Part shown: positions 16,119 through 24,324 of the stretch, in pieces
Layout: each line of letters starts with the position of its first letter
Numbering within the stretch: the first letter of the stretch is position 1
From: Myxococcota bacterium
Lineage (GTDB): Bacteria; Myxococcota; JACRCW01
NCBI GenBank assembly: GCA_040752415.1
Contig: JBFMGU010000156.1
Location: forward strand, 1-25,515
DNA length: 25,515 nucleotides
Direction: 5' to 3'
The notes under the pieces: model-generated
Seen by the model: only the letters and a program-made list of their open reading frames with translations
Told to the model about the DNA's origin: nothing
Database searches by the model: none
Made by a program: the position numbers and the translations under genes

Positions 16119-19100
16119 GCGTGCGCCTGCTCTTCCCCTCCGCGGTGGTGGCCGTGGTGGCGTTGTCCGCCCCGGTACACGCCCAGGTTGCCGCACGGGT
16201 GAAGAACCTGGGCACGGCACAGAACAAGACCGCGGGGAGCAACACGCTGACGGTGACGGTTCCCTCGGGAGGGGTGGCGCAGAACAACCGGATCATCGTG
16301 GCGGTGGCCATGGACGCGGTCAGCGGCACGGTCAGCGCCTCGGACTCGCGCGGGAACAGCTACGCCGTCGACGCGGACGTGACCAACTCCGGGACGGTGC
16401 GCACGCTCATCCTGAGCGCCAACGCAAGCACGTCCCTGACGGCGGGGAACACCATCTCCGTCACCGTGCCGTCCGGCGCCACGGCCAAGGGGATCGTCGT
16501 CAGCGAGTACTCCGGCCTGATGCCCAGCGGGGCCCTGGACAAGACCGCCACGGGGACGGGCAACAGCCGCAACCCCGCCACCAGCAGTGCCACCACCACC
16601 CGCGCCAACGAGATGCTGATTGGCGTGGTGGGCGCGGAAGGCCCGGAGAACGACGTGCTGAGCCCGGGCGGCTCCTTCACCACCGACGCCAAGGCCGGCA
16701 CCAGCGGCAACCCCGCGGCCACCAACGTCACCGCCACGCTGCTGTACCGGGAGGTCACCGCCACGGGGAGCTACGCGGTCTCCGCCCGACTGAACACCAG
16801 CCGCGCCTGGGCCGCCGCCATGGCCACCTACCGCGCCGCGCCCAGCAAGGTGGTGTTCACCAACACCAACCGCATCCTCTCCGCCGGCGTGTGCAGCGGC
16901 ACCAGCAATCCGTTCACGGTGGTCCTGCAGAGCAGCAACAGCGCCGCGGTCCCGCCCACCGGCACCACCGTGCTGGGCGTGAGCTCCACGTCGGGGACGG
17001 CCACGTTCTACTCGGACTCCGCGTGCACCACGGCCATCACGCAGCTCACCTTCAGCAGCACGGAGAGCAGCAAGACGTTCTACGTGCTGGACACGCAGAC
17101 CTCGTCGGGATCACCCACGCTGACGGTTTCCAAGGTCTCCGGCCCGGACACGCTGAGCGCGGCCACGCAGACCTACGCGGTGAACGGAACCATTGGCTTT
17201 GCGCAGAGCACCAACCCCGCGGTGACCACGCTGTCCATCACGCTGGGAACCACGGTGCCGGTGAACAACCGCGTTGTCATCACCTTTGCCATGGATGATC
17301 CCAGCGGCGGCACCATCACGGCGTCGGACAGCCGCGGCAACACCTACTCCACCGACCTGGACGTGCGGTCGCAGAACCAGGTGCGCGCGTTCATGTTCTC
17401 CGCCAACACCACCACCGCCCTGGTGCCCGGGGACACCATCAGCGTGACCTTCCCGTCGGTGACGGCGAAGGCGATGACGGTGGCCTACTTCTCGGGACTG
17501 GCGCAGACCGGCGCGGTGGACGTCACCACCAGCACCACCGGCTCGGGCACGTCGGTGACGAGCAACAGCGCCACCACGTTGCGCGCGCAGGACCTGCTGA
17601 TGGGGCTGGTGGGGGTGGAGGGCCCGTCCACGGAGACCATCACCGCGGGCAACAGCTTCAAGGTGGAAGGGAGCTACGGCACCAACGGCGACGGCGGCGC
17701 GGGTGACATCTCCGTGCACATGTTGTCGCGCCAGGTCACGGCCACCGGCAGCTACGCCGCCACGGGTACGCTGTCGCAGTCGCGCAAGTGGGCGGCGGGG
17801 ATGGCGGCGTACAAGCTGGCCCCCTCGCAGATTGTCTTCACCAACACCACGCAGACGCTGACGGCGGGAACCTGCAGCGGCACCGCCGCGCCCTTCACCC
17901 TGGAGCTGCGCAACGCCACCGGCGTGGCCGTGCCGCCCACCGGCACCACGGTGGTGAACCTGGTCCAGCCCACCGGCTCCAACGCGCTCTTCTACAGCGA
18001 CAGCGGCTGCACCACGGCCATCACCAGCGTGACGTTCTCCTCCACGCAGAGCAGCCAGACCTTCTACGTGCGCGACACCGTCGCCGCCACGCACACCCTC
18101 ACGGTGCAGAAGGCTTCCGGTCCCGAGGCGCTCACCGACGCGTCGCAGAGCTACACGGTGAACCGCCTGGCCGCCGACCGCCTCATCGTCACGCTGCCCG
18201 GCGAGACCTTCACGCCCGGCTTTGGCAACAGCGGGACGGTGACCACGCAGACCGCCAGCGTGCCCTTCGACATCGTCGACATCACGATGACCGACGTCTA
18301 CCACAACGTGGACACCAGCTATTCCGGCAGCGTCACGCTCAGCTACAGCGGTCCCTCCGCGGGTCTGGACGGCAGCCAGCCCAGCTACACCACCGCGGTC
18401 ACCTTCAACGCCGGCCAGGTGTCCACCGCGCTCCCCACCACGCTGCAGCGCGCGGAGACCGTTTCCCTCGTCGTCAGCGGGGCGGGGCTGAGCGGCACGT
18501 CCTCACCGCTCACGGTGGTGCTGCCGGCGGATACCACCACGGCGTCCGTCACCAACTCGCCGGCCTACGCGGCGCGCAGCAGCGGCGAGATCGAGGTGAG
18601 CATCACCAACGGCACCAGCGGGCTCATCAACCAGGTGGTGCTCACGGCGCCGTCGGGGTGGACGTTTGACGCGGGCAGCACCAGCCTCAGCGGATGGACG
18701 GTGAGCGCGGCGGCGGGCGCGGTGACCTTCAGCGTGGGAACCGGGGCCGCGTTCAGCAACGGAAGCACCGCCACCTTCCGCGCGCGCAACAGCGGCGGCT
18801 TCTACCCCAACCCCGCCAGCGACACGACGTACACGGTGCCCATGGCGTGGTCGGGGTTCCAGCCGGGAAGCAGCAGCGCTTCCTTCACGGTGATGGTGCC
18901 CATTGGTTGGGTCGAGCTGCCCGCGGTGAGCCGCTCCGCCACCAGCGCGCGTCCGGTCTTCTACTGGACCAATTCCGACGTCAGCCAGACGCACGCCGGC
19001 GTCATGGTGGTGCGCGGAACCGACCGGCCCACCGACAAGCAGGCCTACGCCGTGGGCGAGGTCATTGGCAGCTCGGTGGTGGTGTGCGTGGACGGCGGCA

Positions 19101-20371
19101 CGGGAGAGAGCTGCACGGAGAGCACGTTGGTGACGCAGGACGACGGCAGCGCCACCTACACGTTCTACAACTTCGACGCGCTGTACGGGTATTCGAACCC
19201 GCGGAGCATCGTCGTGGCGGCGCGGCCGGGCACGGGGTTCTTCTACAAACACGCCGCGGCCGGCATGACGCCACCGGGGGTCCGCCCCGGCTCGCTCAGT
19301 CCGCCCGGCTTCGCCACCTTCGCCGCCAACGACCTGGGCCTCTACTTCGTCCGTCGTGACGGGACGGAGGAACGACGCGCGGTCCTGCTCAACAACCAGG
19401 TCACCCGCCGCTCCCTGCCACTCTCCGACGCCAGCGCAGGCTACGCCGTCTTCACCGCCGACTCCGGCAGCCCCAACCCCGGCACCCTCTACCGCGTGGA
19501 ACCGAGCGGAAGTCCCACCACCTCGACGACGACGGCGGCGGTCAGCAGCGGCGTGGGCGCGTTGCTCACCTCGTCGGCGGCACTGCACAGCACCTACAAG
19601 GCCAACGGACCGGCCCTGCTGTTCGGCACCAACGAGGCTTCCGGCAACTACATCCGCGCCGTGCGCCCGGACCTCACCGCGTACTGGACGCTCAGCATTG
19701 GCACCGACGCCATCACCCACGAGGTCAACAGCGACGTCACGCGGGCGTACATGTTCGTGCCGGTGGGCGCGGGCAGCGGCGGCATCTACGCGTTCGACAT
19801 GAGCGTGGACCCCGGAGCGGGCGCCGCGCCCAAGCCCAGCGGGTGGGCCTCACAGAAGATCCTCGACGGGACGCTGTTCAAGGCGCAGTGCCGCATGTCC
19901 CCCACGGCGTGGACCCAGCAGGCGCTCTTCTGCGGCAGCCACAGCGGCACGCTCTACGCCATCAATCCCGCCACCGGCGCGGTCATTGCCACGACGTCGG
20001 TGACCGGCAGCGTGCAGGGCCTGGTGGCGATCTCCAGCGCCGGGTACGTGGTGTACTCCACGCGCAGCGGCAGGGTGGGCAAGGTCTACTTTGACGGCAC
20101 CGCGTTCAAGACCGCCGCCGACGGCCAGGCCAACACGTTCGAGGTCACCGTCTCCGGCGCCGCGGTGGTGAGCACGCCGCTGCCCATCAGTCGCGGCATC
20201 TTCGTGGGTGGGGCGGGCAAGCTGCACAAGCTGGACAACGCCACCGGCGCGCTGCTGGGCAGCCAGACGCTGGACGGAGTGCAGGTCAGCGAGGTGGCGC
20301 TGGAGACGTCCAGCAGCACGTTCTTTGTCCAGACCAGCGACGGCACCATCTGGGGCATTCCCGCCTTCTGA
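16115..20371 (+). CDS. Large secreted surface protein (1418 aa), paralog of 11344-15636
   Basis: ATG at 16115 with a GGGGA RBS. Signal peptide MSVRLLFPSAVVAVVALSAPVHA|Q. Same domain order as the first copy, with an identical stretch in the C-terminal region. Confidence 0.87.
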   Translation: MSVRLLFPSAVVAVVALSAPVHAQVAARVKNLGTAQNKTAGSNTLTVTVPSGGVAQNNRIIVAVAMDAVSGTVSASDSRGNSYAVDADVTNSGTVRTLILSANASTSLTAGNTISVTVPSGATAKGIVVSEYSGLMPSGALDKTATGTGNSRNPATSSATTTRANEMLIGVVGAEGPENDVLSPGGSFTTDAKAGTSGNPAATNVTATLLYREVTATGSYAVSARLNTSRAWAAAMATYRAAPSKVVFTNTNRILSAGVCSGTSNPFTVVLQSSNSAAVPPTGTTVLGVSSTSGTATFYSDSACTTAITQLTFSSTESSKTFYVLDTQTSSGSPTLTVSKVSGPDTLSAATQTYAVNGTIGFAQSTNPAVTTLSITLGTTVPVNNRVVITFAMDDPSGGTITASDSRGNTYSTDLDVRSQNQVRAFMFSANTTTALVPGDTISVTFPSVTAKAMTVAYFSGLAQTGAVDVTTSTTGSGTSVTSNSATTLRAQDLLMGLVGVEGPSTETITAGNSFKVEGSYGTNGDGGAGDISVHMLSRQVTATGSYAATGTLSQSRKWAAGMAAYKLAPSQIVFTNTTQTLTAGTCSGTAAPFTLELRNATGVAVPPTGTTVVNLVQPTGSNALFYSDSGCTTAITSVTFSSTQSSQTFYVRDTVAATHTLTVQKASGPEALTDASQSYTVNRLAADRLIVTLPGETFTPGFGNSGTVTTQTASVPFDIVDITMTDVYHNVDTSYSGSVTLSYSGPSAGLDGSQPSYTTAVTFNAGQVSTALPTTLQRAETVSLVVSGAGLSGTSSPLTVVLPADTTTASVTNSPAYAARSSGEIEVSITNGTSGLINQVVLTAPSGWTFDAGSTSLSGWTVSAAAGAVTFSVGTGAAFSNGSTATFRARNSGGFYPNPASDTTYTVPMAWSGFQPGSSSASFTVMVPIGWVELPAVSRSATSARPVFYWTNSDVSQTHAGVMVVRGTDRPTDKQAYAVGEVIGSSVVVCVDGGTGESCTESTLVTQDDGSATYTFYNFDALYGYSNPRSIVVAARPGTGFFYKHAAAGMTPPGVRPGSLSPPGFATFAANDLGLYFVRRDGTEERRAVLLNNQVTRRSLPLSDASAGYAVFTADSGSPNPGTLYRVEPSGSPTTSTTTAAVSSGVGALLTSSAALHSTYKANGPALLFGTNEASGNYIRAVRPDLTAYWTLSIGTDAITHEVNSDVTRAYMFVPVGAGSGGIYAFDMSVDPGAGAAPKPSGWASQKILDGTLFKAQCRMSPTAWTQQALFCGSHSGTLYAINPATGAVIATTSVTGSVQGLVAISSAGYVVYSTRSGRVGKVYFDGTAFKTAADGQANTFEVTVSGAAVVSTPLPISRGIFVGGAGKLHKLDNATGALLGSQTLDGVQVSEVALETSSSTFFVQTSDGTIWGIPAF
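19255..20178 (+). repeat. Copy 2 of the ~924-bp direct repeat
   Basis: Matches 14514-15437 at offset 4741. Confidence 0.93.
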
Positions 20372-20378
20372 GGAACCC

Positions 20379-20837
20379 ATGCGCGCAGCACCTCCGAGAT
20401 TCCCGTGGTCCCTGCTCGCCGGCGCGCTGCTGGCCGCCGCGTGTCAGCAGGAGGTGGGCCCACCGGAAACCCAAGCTCCGACGGGAGAAGCGCCTCCGCC
20501 CGCCGCTGGCGCTCCCGCGGGTCGTCCGGAAATCACCGTGCGCGGGGAGTCGGGTGAGGCAAATCTCCACGTCGGCGACAGCGCAGCCATCCTGCAGACG
20601 CGCTGGCCCAAGCCGGAGCCGGGGGATCGTCAGAATCTTGAGCTGTTCACCCCCGACGGAAACCTGTATCTCCGCAACACCAGCCCGGTGCCCGCCGACG
20701 GCGTGGTCTCCCAGCGCCTGCCGCTGCGGGGTAGCCACATCGAGGACTACAGCATGACGGGGACCTGGCGGGTCCGCGTCTACCGCAACAGCGCCACCGT
20801 GCCTGCGGCGGAAACCAGCTTTGAAGTGAAACTGTGA
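20379..20837 (+). CDS. Putative lipoprotein with a small Ig-like C-terminal domain (152 aa)
   Basis: GAGGA RBS overlapping the previous stop. Lipobox-like LLAAAC, a Pro/Ala linker, then LELFTPDGNLY...MTGTWRVRVY...SFEVKL. Confidence 0.82.
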   Translation: MRAAPPRFPWSLLAGALLAAACQQEVGPPETQAPTGEAPPPAAGAPAGRPEITVRGESGEANLHVGDSAAILQTRWPKPEPGDRQNLELFTPDGNLYLRNTSPVPADGVVSQRLPLRGSHIEDYSMTGTWRVRVYRNSATVPAAETSFEVKL

Positions 20838-20867
20838 CGTCGTGGGATTGGCCCTTGTTGTGACCTG

Positions 20868-21029
20868 ATGAAGAACCCGTTGCCCACCCCCACCCGCCCG
20901 CCGGCCGCGCCCTCCCCGGAGCGCTACGAGCCGCCCACGATTGCGTGGGAGGAGGACTTCGAGCCGGCGGGGCAGTCCACCGGCTGCCTCACGGGGGAAG
21001 GCGACTGCCTGGACGCGCCCGCGACGTGA
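20868..21029 (+). CDS. Putative RiPP precursor peptide (53 aa; not in the ORF track)
   Basis: MKNPLPTPTRPPAAPSPERYEPPTIAWEEDFEPAGQSTGCLTGEGDCLDAPAT*. 51 of 53 codons end in G/C. It has a YxxPxI motif and a two-Cys core, and fills the gap between the lipoprotein and kinase-like genes. No strong RBS is visible. Confidence 0.8.
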   Translation: MKNPLPTPTRPPAAPSPERYEPPTIAWEEDFEPAGQSTGCLTGEGDCLDAPAT

Positions 21030-21039
21030 GGAACGCGTG

Positions 21040-21822
21040 ATGCAGCCCACGGTGATTCCGCTGGAGATTGCACGCGTCCGGTTTGACGTGGCGAGTGAGG
21101 ACGGCGCCCTGCTCTCCCGCCTGCGCACCAGCTACGGACCCTTTGTGACGGCGGAGCGCGGGGGCATCCGCGTGAGCCTGGCCGGTGAGCCCGCGGCCCT
21201 GGCCGGCAACCCCAGCGGCGAGGTGGTGCGCGAGGACGAGGAGCTGCGCCTGCGGATGAGCCCACAGATGGGCTTCCTGGATCGTCGACGAGGCCAGGGC
21301 ACCCTGCGTCCCCACCCCAGCCTGCTGGGGCTGGACATGCTGTTGCGCGCGGAGATCACGCTGCGGGCGCTGGAGGCCGGGGGCGTGGCGCTGCATGCGT
21401 GTGGCGTGGAGCTGCGGGGTCGGGCGCACGTGTTCGCGGGGCCGTCCGGCGCGGGGAAGACCACGCTGGCGGGAATGCTGGAGCGCGAGGGCGCGCGCGT
21501 GCTTTCCGACGAGATGATGGTGGTCCGCCCCGGTGACGACGGACGCTGGTGGGCGTACGGCACACCCTACCGTTACGGCACGCGTGAGGGTGCGCCGCTG
21601 CACGCGTTGTGGCGGTTGCGGCACGGGCCGCGCTCGGTGCGCGCGCTGACGCGTCACCAGGCGCACCGGCACCTGGTGGGGAATCTCAGCCTGTGCGTGC
21701 GCGGTGACGTCGAGGTGGAGCTGGCCCTGGCGGGCGCCACGCGGCTGGCCGCCGCCGTTGACGCGCATGAGCTGACCTTCTCGCTCACCGACGCGCTGCG
21801 CGACGTGGTGGAGGCGGCATGA
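21040..21822 (+). CDS. HPr-kinase-related P-loop protein (260 aa)
   Basis: ALHACGVELRGRAHVFAGPSGAGKTTLA...VLSDEMMVVR: His-Ala motif, Walker A and SD(D/E) signature of HprK-like kinases. GAGGA RBS before ATG 21040. ATGA overlap with the radical SAM gene. Confidence 0.85.
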   Translation: MQPTVIPLEIARVRFDVASEDGALLSRLRTSYGPFVTAERGGIRVSLAGEPAALAGNPSGEVVREDEELRLRMSPQMGFLDRRRGQGTLRPHPSLLGLDMLLRAEITLRALEAGGVALHACGVELRGRAHVFAGPSGAGKTTLAGMLEREGARVLSDEMMVVRPGDDGRWWAYGTPYRYGTREGAPLHALWRLRHGPRSVRALTRHQAHRHLVGNLSLCVRGDVEVELALAGATRLAAAVDAHELTFSLTDALRDVVEAA

Positions 21823-22913
21823 CCACGACGTCGAACTACGGACGCTGGAAGGCGCGCGCGGCCTCCGCGGGACGCCCCACCACGGCGCACCTGGAGCTGA
21901 CCTACCGCTGCAACGTGCAGTGTCGACACTGCTTCCAGGACCGTCACCACGCGAAGGACGCGATGGCGCTGGAGGACTGGAAGCGCGTGGTGGACGAGGC
22001 GCGTGAGGCGGGCGTGCTGGTGGTGACCTTGAGTGGCGGCGAGGCGTTGCTGTCGCCGCACTTCTGGCCGCTGGCGGAGCACATCCGCGCCCGGGGACTG
22101 GCGTTCCGCGTGTTCACCAACGGGGTGCTGCTGAACAAGCGGAATTGTCGTCGGCTGGCGGCGCTGCAACCGCTGAGCGTGGAGGTCTCCATCTTCAGCC
22201 TGGACCCCGCGGTCCACGACGGCGTGACGCAGGCGCCCGGTTCCCTGCGCAAGGCGCTGCGCGGGTTGGCCATGCTGCATTACCTGGGCGTGACCACCAA
22301 GCTGAAGTGCCCGCTGCTGGACACCTCCACCAAGGACTACGCCGACGTGCGCGCGCTGGCGGAGCGGCTGGGCGCAAGCGTGGCGTTCGACCCGGGCATC
22401 ACCCCGCGCTTCAACGGCGACCTGGCTCCCACGGCGTGCCGCGGAGATGAGCATTTCCTGGTGGAATTCTTCCGCGACCCGCAGACGCGCCACCACGAGC
22501 TGAAGGACCTGCCGCCGCGCAAGCCGGGCGACGCCATCTGCGGCATTGCCCGCACCTTCACCGTGGTGGGCCCCGACGGGCGCGTGCTCCCGTGCGTGCA
22601 CATCCAGCAGCCGGTGGGGAATGTGAAGCAGGAAGGGCTGCTGCGGATCTGGGAGCACTCCCCGACGCTGCAGAAGCTGCGCCAGACCACCTACGCGGAC
22701 CTGCCGACGTGCAATGGCTGTCCGCGCAGCGGGTACTGCGGGAGGTGCAGCGCGGTGGCATTGCTGGAGGACGGAGACTTCCACGGTCCTTCGTCCCGCG
22801 CGTGTGAGCTGGCGGAGCTGAAGGAGCAGGCGTGGGGCGTGCCGCCGCCGGCCGGGGTGCGGGAGAAGACAGGAACCACCGCGGGGAAGCGGCTGCTGCA
22901 GGTCTTGCGGTAG
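21819..22913 (+). CDS. Radical SAM / SPASM-domain peptide or protein maturase (364 aa)
   Basis: ELTYRCNVQCRHC (CxxxCxxC), LSGGEAL and FTNG. Seven-Cys SPASM domain: CGIA...GRVLPC...GNV...CNGCPRSGYCGRC-x18-C. No N-terminal RRE. Confidence 0.95.
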   Translation: MTTTSNYGRWKARAASAGRPTTAHLELTYRCNVQCRHCFQDRHHAKDAMALEDWKRVVDEAREAGVLVVTLSGGEALLSPHFWPLAEHIRARGLAFRVFTNGVLLNKRNCRRLAALQPLSVEVSIFSLDPAVHDGVTQAPGSLRKALRGLAMLHYLGVTTKLKCPLLDTSTKDYADVRALAERLGASVAFDPGITPRFNGDLAPTACRGDEHFLVEFFRDPQTRHHELKDLPPRKPGDAICGIARTFTVVGPDGRVLPCVHIQQPVGNVKQEGLLRIWEHSPTLQKLRQTTYADLPTCNGCPRSGYCGRCSAVALLEDGDFHGPSSRACELAELKEQAWGVPPPAGVREKTGTTAGKRLLQVLR

Positions 22914-22948
22914 TTGGGGGCTGCGCGACGGTCGCCGAAGCGACGACG

Positions 22949-24136
22949 TCAGCCGAGGGCCGCGCTGCGCAAAAGACCCGGTGCGCACGCCAGCGCCGCG
23001 CGCGGCAACGCCTCCATGCCACAGGTGGCGCCGAGCATGCGGGAGAACAGGTCCGGCCGTCCCGCCAGGGAGCGCACCATGAGCCACACCAGCGCGCGGT
23101 GTCGCGAGGCCATGAGGACGCCGTGGGTGAGGACCTGGTGGTCGCGCACCAGCTCGTGGCGAGCCCGGGCGTAGTCGCGCAGCGCGTGGGCGCGCAGATC
23201 CCCCGTGTCCAACGCACGCAGGATGGTCCGCGCCGCCAACGGGGCGCTCTGCAGCGCCAGGCTCATCCCCTCGCCGGTGATGGCGTCCACGTAGCCCGCG
23301 GCGTCGCCCACCAGGAGCGCGGCGTCGGCCACCACGTCACGCGCTTCCACGCGCAACGGACCGCAAGCGCGAACGTCCGTGATCGGCTCCGCGCCGGAGA
23401 GCATCTCCATCACCGCCGGCACCTGCCGCAGCACGCCCTGGTAGCCACGCGTGAGATCCCCGCGCATGACCTCCATCCGCGCCTTCTCCAGCAGGCACAC
23501 CACGTTGGCCCCGTCGGGTCCCGAGGGCGTCACGTAGACCTCGCCGCCGCCCATCAGGTGCACGTGCACCAGTCCGTCGGTGAGCGGGCGGGCCAGGCGG
23601 TAGTGGCACACCACGCCGTAGCGGTTGTTGCCGTGGTGTCCCCCGTCCAGCCCCAGCCTGCGCCGCACCAATGAGCGCGCACCGTCCGCCCCGACGAGAA
23701 ACCGCGCCTGCCACGTCCCCTCACGCGTCTCCACGTACCAGCGGTCATCCTCCCGACGGAGCGCGCGCACCGGCTCGCCCTCGCGTCGCTCCGCGCCGGC
23801 GTCGCGGGCCATGGCGGCCATCACCACGTCCAGCTCCAGGCGGCGGATGCACAGGCCCTCCGCTCCGTCGGGGAAGTGGCCCACCGCGGTGCGTCCGGCG
23901 GCGTGGTAGGCAATGCCGCGCATGGGTCGGGCCCCGCGCGCGCGCACCGCGTCCAGCACGCCCAGGTCCCGCAGCGCGTCCACCCCGCCGGGCATGATGC
24001 CCTCCCCGCAGGGCTTCTCCCGCGGGAACGACTCCGCCTCCAGCACCATGACCTTCACGCCACGACGCGCCAGTGTTGCCGCCACCGCGCAGCCCGCCAC
24101 GCTCCCACCCACCACGATCACGTCGTAGTTCGACAT
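22949..24136 (-). CDS. FAD-dependent oxidoreductase (geranylgeranyl reductase / flavin monooxygenase-like)
   Basis: Motifs YDVIVVGGSVAG, FPREKPCGEG, LVGADGARS and LLVGDAAGYVDAITGEGMSLAL. Confidence 0.9.
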   Translation of the reverse strand: MSNYDVIVVGGSVAGCAVAATLARRGVKVMVLEAESFPREKPCGEGIMPGGVDALRDLGVLDAVRARGARPMRGIAYHAAGRTAVGHFPDGAEGLCIRRLELDVVMAAMARDAGAERREGEPVRALRREDDRWYVETREGTWQARFLVGADGARSLVRRRLGLDGGHHGNNRYGVVCHYRLARPLTDGLVHVHLMGGGEVYVTPSGPDGANVVCLLEKARMEVMRGDLTRGYQGVLRQVPAVMEMLSGAEPITDVRACGPLRVEARDVVADAALLVGDAAGYVDAITGEGMSLALQSAPLAARTILRALDTGDLRAHALRDYARARHELVRDHQVLTHGVLMASRHRALVWLMVRSLAGRPDLFSRMLGATCGMEALPRAALACAPGLLRSAALG

Positions 24137-24324
24137 ATCCGTTCCGTCCCCGGCGACGCCTCCTTAGCGCAGGGTCGAGGGTGGGGGAAGCATGTGGACG
24201 ACGGTCCGGTTACGCTCCTGGCCGCTGCGGACTTCGCGCGAGCGTGGCCTGTGACGCGAATGCCGGGCGCGCTCCCGCCGGAGCTTGTTATCGTGCGCGG
24301 CGCTCCTGGGAGGACCGGCCGCAC

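Noticed and set aside
14514..20178. Diversity-generating retroelement template/variable repeat pair
   Set aside because: The copies appear identical with no adenine-specific mismatches, both lie inside coding genes, and no reverse transcriptase is present.
20868..22913. Lasso peptide cluster, suggested by the YxxP leader, RRE and HprK-like kinase
   Set aside because: There is no asparagine-synthetase-like lasso cyclase or transglutaminase-like B2 protease in the window. The maturase present is a radical SAM/SPASM enzyme.
15777..22913. PQQ biosynthesis (pqqD/pqqE) or mycofactocin operon
   Set aside because: No pqqB/pqqC or mftD-F genes are present. The peptide lacks the PqqA E-x-x-x-Y core and the MftA IDGMCGVY terminus, so gene symbols were withheld.
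22914..22948. Terminator between the convergent rSAM and oxidoreductase genes
   Set aside because: Only a weak short stem (GTCGC-CGAA-GCGAC) without a U-tract is present, which is not enough to call.
22949..24136. FAD oxidoreductase as a tailoring enzyme of the RiPP cluster
   Set aside because: It is on the opposite, convergent strand and belongs to a widespread family. Nothing in the sequence links it to the cluster; synteny would be needed.
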